The position numbers were made by a program, and so were the translations under genes. Of a stretch of 63,863 nt of DNA, positions 47,998 through 56,386 are shown in pieces. The stretch is from Cloacimonetes bacterium UBA3900 (GTDB lineage Bacteria; Cloacimonadota; Cloacimonadia; Cloacimonadales; Cloacimonadaceae), in the NCBI GenBank assembly GCA_002391675.1, contig DGFM01000038.1, positions 1-63,863 of the forward strand. Direction: 5' to 3'. Under the pieces are notes generated by a model. That model was not told where the DNA came from and did no database searches. It worked only from the letters and a program-made list of their open reading frames with translations. Every line of letters starts with the position of its first letter. Within the stretch, counting starts at the first letter, position 1.

Positions 47998-48107
47998 ACA
48001 ACGATTTAAACTCTCACGGGCTGAAGAAGTATTGGTAAACGAGTATTAGACTATACCATATAGTATCAATAGCTCTAAGATCGCTGGAAATTTAAATAAC
48101 GTCCAAC

Positions 48108-49091
48108 ATGATAGTTCTTTCTATTAGCAGCGGAAACCGCCTTGACGGAGATATATCGCCCATCGTTAAAGCCCAGAATAGGTCTTTGCAACAAACTGGG
48201 CTTGATATTGATACCTACGCTATCGTTGGTAAAGGCTTGTTAGGTTATTTGAAAAACGTTTATCCTCTGTATAAGTATTTACAGAAAAATGAGATAGACT
48301 TGATCCATGCCCACTATTCTTTGTGTGGCTTCGTGGGTTATTTTGCTACATTTTTATACAGGCTGAGTGGCAAAAAAAGGCTACCCATGGTTGTATCCCT
48401 GATGGGGAGTGATGTAAAAAGTAGTTGCTTATGGCGCGGGATTATTGCTTTTTTTGTCAAGCACTTTTGGTCTGTCACCATCGTAAAATCCGAAGATATG
48501 AAAAGGAGTTTGGGGATCAAAAGCCTCCAAGTGATCCCCAATGGAGTGGATTTGGAGCTCTTTGATCAGCGCGATAAAGGGGCATGCAGAAAGAAACTGG
48601 CTTGGGAGCAGGACGTGCCCCACATCCTATTTGGCTCTAATCCCAATAGAGACGTGAAGAACTACCCTCTGGCAAAGAGAGCGTTTGATCTTCTGCTGAA
48701 AAACAACCTACATCTCCAAGAAGCAAATTGCCAGCTTAAGTCTCTGAAGTCCGCGCCTCACGATTCCATTCCGATATATCTGAACGCCTGTGATGTGCTG
48801 CTGCTGACCTCTAAATGGGAGGGTTCGCCCAATATCATCAAAGAAGCCATGGCTTGTGGAACTCCAATCGTCTGCACCGATGTGGGTGATGTGAGATGGC
48901 TTTTGAGCGGCCTGGACGGGTGCTTTATCACTAACAATACGCCTGAAGATATTGCGCTGAAACTAAAACATGCACTCCAATATGACTCTAAAACCAAAGG
49001 TAGGGCAAGACTTCAGGAGCTCTGCTTGGATGCTAAGCTGGTAGCAGAGAGGCTGTTGGGCATTTATGAAGGTATTAGGTTTAAGTATTGA
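48108..49091 (+). CDS. Glycosyltransferase (GT4-like)
   Basis: C-terminal LLLTSKWEGSPNIIKEAMACGTPIVCTDVGDV. Confidence 0.75.
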   Translation: MIVLSISSGNRLDGDISPIVKAQNRSLQQTGLDIDTYAIVGKGLLGYLKNVYPLYKYLQKNEIDLIHAHYSLCGFVGYFATFLYRLSGKKRLPMVVSLMGSDVKSSCLWRGIIAFFVKHFWSVTIVKSEDMKRSLGIKSLQVIPNGVDLELFDQRDKGACRKKLAWEQDVPHILFGSNPNRDVKNYPLAKRAFDLLLKNNLHLQEANCQLKSLKSAPHDSIPIYLNACDVLLLTSKWEGSPNIIKEAMACGTPIVCTDVGDVRWLLSGLDGCFITNNTPEDIALKLKHALQYDSKTKGRARLQELCLDAKLVAERLLGIYEGIRFKY

Positions 49092-49140
49092 AAGTTGACA
49101 GTATGCATTCAATATCAGGCAGTTGTGAAAGAGAATATGA

Positions 49141-49866
49141 GTGATTGAGCTGCACATTTTAGGAGAAGGCTACACGGAGGAAGCGTTTGTCAAAGAGCTG
49201 CTCATTGGTCATCTTGCCAATTATGGGATTAAGGTAGTGGCGAGCATATTTGTTACCAAGTTTGATGAGGATACCGGGAGGCTGTACAAAGGTGGTATCA
49301 GCAACTATCAAAAGGTGAAGAGTGACATTGTGAGGCGGCTATCCTCCGATAGAAGGGATAACCTAAGGGTTAGTACCATGATAGACTTTTATGGATTGCC
49401 TGCGGATTTTCCTTCCTATTATCAGGCTTATCGAGAAGAAGACCCCTACAAAAGGGTGGAGATCTTGGAAGCTGCCTTTGCAGAAGATATAGGGGACAGC
49501 AGGTTTATCCCTTATTTGTCGCTGCATGAGTTTGAGGCCTTGATCTTTAGCGATCCAGGCAAGTTGGGGTGCGTTTACTTTAACAATGATAAACAAATAG
49601 ATGAGTTGGTGGCTTTGAGCCAAGAAGTTAGTCCCGAGCTCATCAACAATGATCCAGAAACTTGCCCCTCGAGGAGAATAAAGAAAGCCATCCGCAGCTA
49701 CAATAAACGCTTTGCAGGCAGCAGGGTGGCAAAAGCGATAGGGCTCAATAGAATCAGGAGTAGATGCAAGCATTTTGATGAATGGATTGGTATTCTCGAA
49801 GTGCTGGCAACCGCGGGCGGTTACCAGAGAGGGAGAGAGTGGAGCCAGCTACGCAGGCAGTTGTGA
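49141..49866 (+). CDS. Second DUF4276/TOPRIM-like paralog with no adjacent ATPase
   Basis: Collinear with the 47314 protein by eye along its whole length, with many identical positions: LHILGEGYTEEAFV, STMIDFYG, LHEFEALIF, CKHFDEW. The last ~18 codons read into the polypurine/heptamer repeat. Confidence 0.65.
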   Translation: MIELHILGEGYTEEAFVKELLIGHLANYGIKVVASIFVTKFDEDTGRLYKGGISNYQKVKSDIVRRLSSDRRDNLRVSTMIDFYGLPADFPSYYQAYREEDPYKRVEILEAAFAEDIGDSRFIPYLSLHEFEALIFSDPGKLGCVYFNNDKQIDELVALSQEVSPELINNDPETCPSRRIKKAIRSYNKRFAGSRVAKAIGLNRIRSRCKHFDEWIGILEVLATAGGYQRGREWSQLRRQL

Positions 49867-49902
49867 GTTGTGAGTGATGAGTTGTGAGTGACCCGTGACC
49901 CG
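49826..49902 (+). repeat. R2 module: polypurine run plus a 7-nt periodic array (TTGTGAG orientation)
   Basis: AGAGAGGGAGAGAG ... TTGTGAG TTGTGAG TGATGAG TTGTGAG TGACCCG TGACCCG (49861-49902). Confidence 0.9.
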
Positions 49903-50028
49903 TGCCAAAAAACCGGACTAAAAATGCTAAGGAGAACACCATGGAAATTATGTCCAACAGCGGAGTCATTATCCGGTACAGTGAAGCCTTTAAACTCAAA
50001 GTAAATCATAAGATTGATATTAGGAAAC

Positions 50029-50409
50029 ATGGCAGTAATAAAGAGTTTTAGAGATTTAATCGTATACAGAAAAGCATTTGAAATGGCGTGTAAGATATAT
50101 GGGATCACAAGTTCATTTCCTAAAGAAGAAAAGTACTCACTGACAGACCAGATCAGAAGATCATCAAGATCTGTGTGTGCTAATCTTGCAGAAGCATGGG
50201 CTAGAAAGTCGTACCCTAAGGCATTTGTGAATAGGCTAAGTGACGCTTTGGCTGAACAACTGGAAACAGAAGTCTGGTTGGATTTCTGTGTAAGGCATAA
50301 ATACATTGATAACGCCACATATACAACCCTGTTAGAAAACTATGATGAAGTAAGGAAAATACTCATATCTATGATAAACAAACCGGAGAATTTTAACCGT
50401 GATCACTGA
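50029..50409 (+). CDS. Four-helix-bundle protein (23S rRNA intervening-sequence protein / Avd-like family)
   Basis: MAVIKSFRDLIVYRKAFEMACKIY...FPKEEKYSLTDQIRRSSRSVCANLAEAWARK...L...A..E..ET..WL is a textbook match to this family as recalled. AGGA lies 5 nt upstream of ATG 50029. Confidence 0.85.
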   Translation: MAVIKSFRDLIVYRKAFEMACKIYGITSSFPKEEKYSLTDQIRRSSRSVCANLAEAWARKSYPKAFVNRLSDALAEQLETEVWLDFCVRHKYIDNATYTTLLENYDEVRKILISMINKPENFNRDH

Positions 50410-51748
50410 TAGTCCTGAGAATGCTACCTATAACCCAGAGCTAAAATCTCCCAGCCCAAAAGCGGGGTACTCACAACTCACAACTCACAACTCACAACCG
50501 ACATCTGACAACTTGCAGAATGGCACTGATGGTTCGCAGCGCAAGTTTTCCAGCTCAAAAGCGGGATACTCACAACTCACAACTCACAACTCACAACTGA
50601 CTACGACACCGGGTGTCATAGTCATCGAGGGTCACGTCCAGGGTCTCGCCAACACCCGCCTTCTGGGGAGCAAGGGCATTGACGTGATCGTAGTCGATAA
50701 GGATGACTGCGTGGCAAGGCATTCGCGCTATTGCAAGGCATTTTATAAATGTCCTGACTTTCTTGGGGATGATTTTGCAGACTATTTGATCCGTTTGCAT
50801 AGGGCTTTCAATCTTCAGTATTGGTTGCTTTTACCTTCCAATGATCACGCCGTGCACACCATTTCCAGAAACAAGGAGAGGCTGAGCAAGTGTTATAAGA
50901 TCATCACAGAAGATCTGCCTGTAATCGAAAACATCTATAACAAAAGGAAGCTGCTCAAGATCGCAGCCCAGGCGGAACTGCCCATCCCGGCTACCATCAT
51001 GCCAGAAACAGAGAATCCCAGCGAAGTGGACCTGCGCTATCCTATTCTAATCAAAGGAAATCAGGGCTTGAGCTTTTATAAACGCTTTAAACATAAGGCA
51101 TTGATGCTAAAGGACGCAAGCGAACTGAAGGAGGTTTGGGATGATACCTTGGCGGGTATTGAGCCAACTGAGTATTTCATCCAGGAAGTGATACCCTATG
51201 ATCATAAGACTGTCTCGGTGACAGTTTTTGCGGTTAATGGAGAAGTGCACGCTTTTTGGATGGGGGTAAAACTGAGAGAGCATCCCATCACCTTTGGTAC
51301 CGCGACCTGCTGCAAAAGTGTCTATGAAGAAGATATGCTTTTGCAGAGCAAAAGGCTTATCAAAGAGCTGAATTATACCGGCGTGTGTGAGATTGAGTGG
51401 CTGAGAGATAGCCGCGATGGCTTGGCCAAGCTGATCGAGATAAATGCCAGAACCTGGCTTTGGGTGGAGCTGGCTGCAAAATCCGGGGTGGACTATCCCA
51501 ATATGATCTATGACTATGTTTACAAGGATAAACTGCCCCAACATATTGATTACAAAAAGGATGTGGTCTGGCTGAATATCTTCACGGATCTCGTTTATTC
51601 ACTGATAGGGATCATCAAGGGTAAATACAGGATCAAGGACGTGTGTAAAACGTATAGGAAGTTTCATGAAGCCACTTGGAGACTGAGCGATCCCATCCCG
51701 TTTTTTAAATATGCCCTGTCAACAGGACGTTTCTTGAGGAATAGATGA
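50399..51748 (+). CDS. ATP-grasp carboxylate-amine ligase (COG3919-like) with a repeat-derived N-terminal extension
   Basis: The conserved domain begins at GVIVIEGHVQGLANTRLLGSKGIDVIVVDKDDCVARHSRY. The only in-frame ATG/GTG/TTG codons upstream of it are GTG 50399 and TTG 50513, both upstream of heptamer tract 2. Confidence 0.7.
   Translation: MITDSPENATYNPELKSPSPKAGYSQLTTHNSQPTSDNLQNGTDGSQRKFSSSKAGYSQLTTHNSQLTTTPGVIVIEGHVQGLANTRLLGSKGIDVIVVDKDDCVARHSRYCKAFYKCPDFLGDDFADYLIRLHRAFNLQYWLLLPSNDHAVHTISRNKERLSKCYKIITEDLPVIENIYNKRKLLKIAAQAELPIPATIMPETENPSEVDLRYPILIKGNQGLSFYKRFKHKALMLKDASELKEVWDDTLAGIEPTEYFIQEVIPYDHKTVSVTVFAVNGEVHAFWMGVKLREHPITFGTATCCKSVYEEDMLLQSKRLIKELNYTGVCEIEWLRDSRDGLAKLIEINARTWLWVELAAKSGVDYPNMIYDYVYKDKLPQHIDYKKDVVWLNIFTDLVYSLIGIIKGKYRIKDVCKTYRKFHEATWRLSDPIPFFKYALSTGRFLRNR
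50451..50597 (+). repeat. Two ~48-bp direct repeats 99 bp apart, each ending in (ACTCACA)4
   Basis: CCAGCCCAAAAGCGGGGT(ACTCACA)4AC at 50451-50498 and CCAGCTCAAAAGCGGGAT(ACTCACA)4AC at 50550-50597. The heptamer tracts are at 50469-50496 and 50568-50595. Confidence 0.9.
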
Positions 51749-53985
51749 TTCCCTATTACAATCCCTATTTTGGCCTGACAGACCTGCTCAAAACCTTCTT
51801 ATGCGTTAATGCTGAGGCTGAGCTGGAAGAGAAGTTCAGGCAGCTTACGGGAAAGAAATACATCCTCTTTACCGCTTCTTGTAGAAGTGCTCTCTATCTT
51901 GCCTATAAAGCCATCGGGAAAACAGGTCTTGTGCATACCAGTCCGCTTACCTGCCAGGTGGCGATTTTGCCCATTTGGGCCTCAGGGAATGAAACCTCTT
52001 TTCAGGACGTGAAGGCTGACGACTGGACGCTCGATCCCGAAGAGGTCAAAAAGGCAATCACGCGTGATAGTATTGCCATCCAGGCCATTCATTTGGGTGG
52101 TTTCCCCTGCGATATGCCCGCCTTGAGAGCCATTGCAGATGAAAATAATCTGGTTTTGATCGAAGACTGTGCGCAGGGGTTCGGGGCGAGTATTGATGGA
52201 GTGCCAACAGGTGTTCTGGGAGATATAGCCTGCTTTACCCTGACCAAAAATCTATACAGCTTGGGTGGGGGAGTGCTGGCTACTGACAACAGGCAGTGGT
52301 TCCAAGCGGCAAAAGAGCACCAGGAGAGTTTCCCGAAGGTGTCTTGGTTGAGGCTGGTTTTCCGGGTCCTGATCACCCTGCTTTCCAGTTACAGGCATTT
52401 AAGCGTGGTTGAAAAGCTATATCAATTCTTGAAAAATGCCTCTACAAGTTCTAAAAGTAAAGCGGGCGAGGTGCGAGAAGATGTCCTGAATAAGGAGCTC
52501 AAGCAGGTTCCACGTCTTTATCTCAAGAGCTGTGCAGCCAGGTGGGATAAGATTCAAAAGCTGGTTAAGATCAATAAAGAGACCGCCAAAGAGACGCTTT
52601 CAGCCCTCAAGCTTGAGGGAGCTATCCGGCAGCATAATCCCCGCACTGAGCCTTCATATACAAAGCTGTTCTTGGCACTTGGACAAGATTCTCCGCGGTT
52701 TATCGAGACGTTAAATAATAATGGGGTAGAAGCCATGCACTTGGAGCATAAACACAAGGTTTACTATCAGGAGAAGCTTTTTGATGGCGAGGCGGAAAAC
52801 TATCATAGGCTGCATGATAGGGTGGTGAGTCTGCCCGGTGCAGCAGCTACAAAAGTCAGCGATAGGTTAAATCATATTATCGGAAGAAAGAGGTTTGAAT
52901 TGAAAAAGATTTTAATCGAGATCGGGCACCCTGCTCATGTCCATCATTTTAAAAACCTGTATTGGGAGTTGGAGAAAAGAGGGTGGCAAGGGCTTTTCGT
53001 GACCAAAGACAAGGAGTGTGCTGTTGATCTTCTGAAGGCTTACAACCTGCCTTACGCCGTCTTGGGTACCACCAAGCAGGGTATTGCCGCCAAGCTATTG
53101 TCGCTGCCAGGCTTTGCTTATAAAATGTTTACGATTGCCAGAGAGTTTAAGCCAGACATCTTCATCAGCAGAGTTTCGCCTCTATCTGGCTGGTCGAGCC
53201 GGCTCCTGATGAAACCTCATATCACTTTTACAGATACAGAAAATGTGAAGAAAATGGACTTGATTTCAGAGCCTTTCGCCGATGTGGTGCTGACATCTGA
53301 TGTCTATCAAAGAGAGCATGGCAAGAAGCAGCTCCGTTATCCGGGCTATCATGAATTGGCATATCTGCATCCCAATAGATTTACGCCCGATCCATCGGTA
53401 CTGTCCCTGCTTGGAATCCAAGAGGGGGAAAGATATGCAATTGTGAGATTTGTGGCTTGGACTGCACATCACGATGTGGGCTTGACTGGTATGAATTTGG
53501 AAAACAAGATCAAGCTTGTGAATCTGCTAAGCAAGCATCTGAAGGTATTTATCTCTTCCGAAGGCGAGCTGCCTCCTGAATTGGCTCAATACAAGATAAA
53601 AATTCCTGCGGAAAGAATGCACGACGCTTTATACTATGCTCATCTCTTTGTGGGAGAAAGCGCTACCATGGCTTCGGAATGTGCCGTCTTCGGAACGCCC
53701 GCTCTATATATGAACAGCGTTAGGTTCGGTTCCACGGATGATCAGATCAAATTTGGCCTGCTGGAGCAGTTTTCAAGCTCCCCAGAAGATCAGGAAGCTA
53801 TGATCAATAGAGCTGTGGAAATAGGGGCTGACGCTGCATATAAAATGAGTTTGGTGGAAAAGCAAAGGAAAATGTTGGCGTGCAAGATGGATGTAACTGC
53901 GTTTATGCTCTGGTTTGTGGAAAACTATCCCAGATCGAGAGACCAGATGCGAAAACGAGGTTTTGATTTTGGTGCTTTTAGGTAG
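51745..53985 (+). CDS. Fusion of a DegT/DnrJ/EryC1-type PLP sugar aminotransferase (N-terminal) and a DUF354 GT-B-like domain (C-terminal)
   Basis: N-terminal part: LIEDCAQGFGA and FTLTKNLYSLGGGVLAT (PLP Lys). C-terminal part from ~52900: KKILIEIGHPAHVHHFKNLYWELEKRGW (DUF354 signature). A single ORF with no intervening stop. ATGA overlap with the ATP-grasp gene. Confidence 0.75.
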   Translation: MIPYYNPYFGLTDLLKTFLCVNAEAELEEKFRQLTGKKYILFTASCRSALYLAYKAIGKTGLVHTSPLTCQVAILPIWASGNETSFQDVKADDWTLDPEEVKKAITRDSIAIQAIHLGGFPCDMPALRAIADENNLVLIEDCAQGFGASIDGVPTGVLGDIACFTLTKNLYSLGGGVLATDNRQWFQAAKEHQESFPKVSWLRLVFRVLITLLSSYRHLSVVEKLYQFLKNASTSSKSKAGEVREDVLNKELKQVPRLYLKSCAARWDKIQKLVKINKETAKETLSALKLEGAIRQHNPRTEPSYTKLFLALGQDSPRFIETLNNNGVEAMHLEHKHKVYYQEKLFDGEAENYHRLHDRVVSLPGAAATKVSDRLNHIIGRKRFELKKILIEIGHPAHVHHFKNLYWELEKRGWQGLFVTKDKECAVDLLKAYNLPYAVLGTTKQGIAAKLLSLPGFAYKMFTIAREFKPDIFISRVSPLSGWSSRLLMKPHITFTDTENVKKMDLISEPFADVVLTSDVYQREHGKKQLRYPGYHELAYLHPNRFTPDPSVLSLLGIQEGERYAIVRFVAWTAHHDVGLTGMNLENKIKLVNLLSKHLKVFISSEGELPPELAQYKIKIPAERMHDALYYAHLFVGESATMASECAVFGTPALYMNSVRFGSTDDQIKFGLLEQFSSSPEDQEAMINRAVEIGADAAYKMSLVEKQRKMLACKMDVTAFMLWFVENYPRSRDQMRKRGFDFGAFR

Positions 53986-54175
53986 TGGGTGATGGAGCTG
54001 CATTCTGCTGTCGCCGTATCTATTCCCTCGTCTTTCTGAAGGCAGAGATAAAGTTATGCTTTACACAGTTTCAACAAAATGATACCATAACCAACCGCAT
54101 GGATTTCAAACGGTGTACCGTTTTCGCTGTGACTAACTAAATATAAGATAAAAAACAAATCAATAGAGGAACACT

Positions 54176-55192
54176 ATGTTCAAGGACAAAACAATCATTA
54201 TTACGGGTGGAACCGGTTCGTTTGGCAATGCGACTTTAAACCGATTCCTGGATTCCGACATCAAAGAGATCCGCATATTCAGTCGCGACGAAAAGAAGCA
54301 GGATGATATGCGCAAGCTGTATAAAAACGACAAAATCAAGTTTTATATCGGGGACGTGCGTGACTATGATAGCATTTTCAACGCCATGGCGGGCGCAGAC
54401 TATGTGTTTCACGCTGCGGCTCTCAAGCAAGTGCCGTCCTGTGAGTTTTTCCCGGTGCAGGCGGTAAAGACCAATATCCTGGGTGCTGAAAACGTGCTCC
54501 GTGCCGCTATTGCCAACAAGGTGAAAAAGGCAATCGTGCTTTCCACGGACAAGGCAGTTTACCCTGTCAATGCCATGGGAATGAGCAAGGCATTGATGGA
54601 GAAGGTGATGGTGGCCTATTCACGTCAGCAACCCCAAAATGGAACGGTTTTATGCGGCACGCGCTATGGGAACGTGATGGCGTCACGTGGTTCCGTGATT
54701 CCTTTGTTTATCGAGCAGATTAAGGCAGGGAAACCTATCACTGTTACCGATCCCGAGATGACCAGATATCTGATGTCTCTGGAAGAAGCGGTGGAACTGG
54801 TGGTCTTTGCCTATCAAAATGGAGTACCGGGCGATATCTTTGTGCAAAAATCGCCCGCCTCTACGATAATCGACCTCGCCCAGGCTCTGATAGAGCTCTT
54901 TGAAGCCAAAACTGAGATCAAGATAATTGGTACCAGGCACGGCGAAAAGAAGCATGAAACATTGGTCAATAGAGAAGAAATGGTAAAGGCAATCGATCTT
55001 CCGGGATACTTCCGCATCCCTGCAGATACCAGAGACCTGAACTATGACAAGTACTTCAGCGATGGGCAGGCAAAGCTTGCGGAAGCAGAGGACTATACTT
55101 CTGAGAATACTTACAGGCTGAGCATTCCGGAGATCAAAGAGAAATTGCTTTCATTGCAATATGTGAGAGATGAATTAGCGGCTCGTGGCTGA
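54176..55192 (+). CDS. fnlA: UDP-N-acetylglucosamine 4,6-dehydratase/5-epimerase (FnlA/CapE type)
   Basis: MFKDKTIIITGGTGSFGNA...IRIFSRDEKKQDDMRK...FYIGDVRDY...HAAALKQVPSCEF...GTRYGNVMASRGSVIPLF. Nearly collinear with CapE/FnlA as recalled. Confidence 0.85.
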   Translation: MFKDKTIIITGGTGSFGNATLNRFLDSDIKEIRIFSRDEKKQDDMRKLYKNDKIKFYIGDVRDYDSIFNAMAGADYVFHAAALKQVPSCEFFPVQAVKTNILGAENVLRAAIANKVKKAIVLSTDKAVYPVNAMGMSKALMEKVMVAYSRQQPQNGTVLCGTRYGNVMASRGSVIPLFIEQIKAGKPITVTDPEMTRYLMSLEEAVELVVFAYQNGVPGDIFVQKSPASTIIDLAQALIELFEAKTEIKIIGTRHGEKKHETLVNREEMVKAIDLPGYFRIPADTRDLNYDKYFSDGQAKLAEAEDYTSENTYRLSIPEIKEKLLSLQYVRDELAARG

Positions 55193-55254
55193 GCGCGGGA
55201 TTCAATTGAGCGAGGCCAAAGCTCTTTGCGATCAATTAATAGGAGGATAGGAAA

Positions 55255-56373
55255 GTGATAACAATAGGTATTACCGGTCAAGCCGGTTTTATTGGTACAC
55301 ATCTGTTTAATACTTTGAGCTTGCATAAGGATAAATATGTTACGGTGCCCTTTGAGGATAGTTTCTTTGAGGCTGAAGCTACTTTAGATGATTTTGTGCA
55401 GCAATGCGATGTAATCATTCATTTGGCGGCCATGAACAGGCATAGTGATGCCAACATCCTGTATAAGACCAACATCGAATTGGTGCAGAAGCTGATCAAT
55501 GCGATGGAAAGAACCCGGAGCAAGCCATATGTGATTATGAGCTCATCTCTGCAAGAAGAAAGAGACAACCTCTACGGCCGTTCAAAACGTGAGGGGAGAG
55601 AGCTCTTCAATCAGTGGGCAGATAGAAATGATGCTACTTTTACAGGCCTGATCATCCCGAATGTGTTTGGGCCCTTTGGCGTGCCTTTTTACAATTCCGT
55701 GGTTTCCACCTTTTCTCATCAGGTTGCTACAGGGCTGGAACCCAAGATTGAAGTGGATGCAGAACTGAAGCTGATCTATGTGGGTGATCTGGTGAAGAAA
55801 ATCATGGGGTTGGTAGATGAGAGCAGTTCAAGGCAAAGATGCATTGAAGTGGAGCATACCGCACAACATAAGGTAAGCGAGCTCCTGGCCAAGCTCAGGG
55901 GCTACAAAGAGTTATACATGGACAAGGGCATTTTCCCAGACCTTTCTGACTGGTTTGAATGCTGTCTGTTCAATACCTTCCGTTGCTACATTCCCTCAGG
56001 ACACTTCCCTGCGAAATACACCCAACACTCTGATCCCAGAGGAGTGTTTGTGGAAGTAATGAAGTTTTGTTCAGGCGGACAGGTCTCATTTTCTACCACC
56101 GTCCCCGGCATTACCAGAGGGAACCACTTTCACATCCGCAAGGTGGAAAGATTTGCCGTTATTAAGGGCAAAGCATCTATCAAGCTGCGCAAATACAGAA
56201 CCGATGAAGTGATAGAATACGTCTTGGACGGCTCAGAACCTGCTTATGTGGATATGCCGGTCTGGTATACACATAACATCACCAATATCGGCGATACCGA
56301 GCTGTTAACCATGTTCTGGATCAACGAGTTTTACGATCCCGAAGACCCGGACACATACTATGAGGAAGTGTGA
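55255..56373 (+). CDS. fnlB: FnlB/CapF-type reductase (SDR N-domain plus cupin C-domain)
   Basis: ITGQAGFIGTHL is followed by a C-terminal cupin-like region (DPRGVFVE...TRGNHFH...FAVIKG). It sits between fnlA and an epimerase. GTG start with AGGAGG upstream. Confidence 0.75.
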   Translation: MITIGITGQAGFIGTHLFNTLSLHKDKYVTVPFEDSFFEAEATLDDFVQQCDVIIHLAAMNRHSDANILYKTNIELVQKLINAMERTRSKPYVIMSSSLQEERDNLYGRSKREGRELFNQWADRNDATFTGLIIPNVFGPFGVPFYNSVVSTFSHQVATGLEPKIEVDAELKLIYVGDLVKKIMGLVDESSSRQRCIEVEHTAQHKVSELLAKLRGYKELYMDKGIFPDLSDWFECCLFNTFRCYIPSGHFPAKYTQHSDPRGVFVEVMKFCSGGQVSFSTTVPGITRGNHFHIRKVERFAVIKGKASIKLRKYRTDEVIEYVLDGSEPAYVDMPVWYTHNITNIGDTELLTMFWINEFYDPEDPDTYYEEV

Positions 56374-56386
56374 AAAGGAGGAGAAA

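Noticed and set aside
50029-50409. The four-helix-bundle gene as the Avd component of a diversity-generating retroelement
   Set aside because: No reverse transcriptase gene was recognised anywhere in the 64-kb window, and no template/variable repeat pair with adenine-specific differences.
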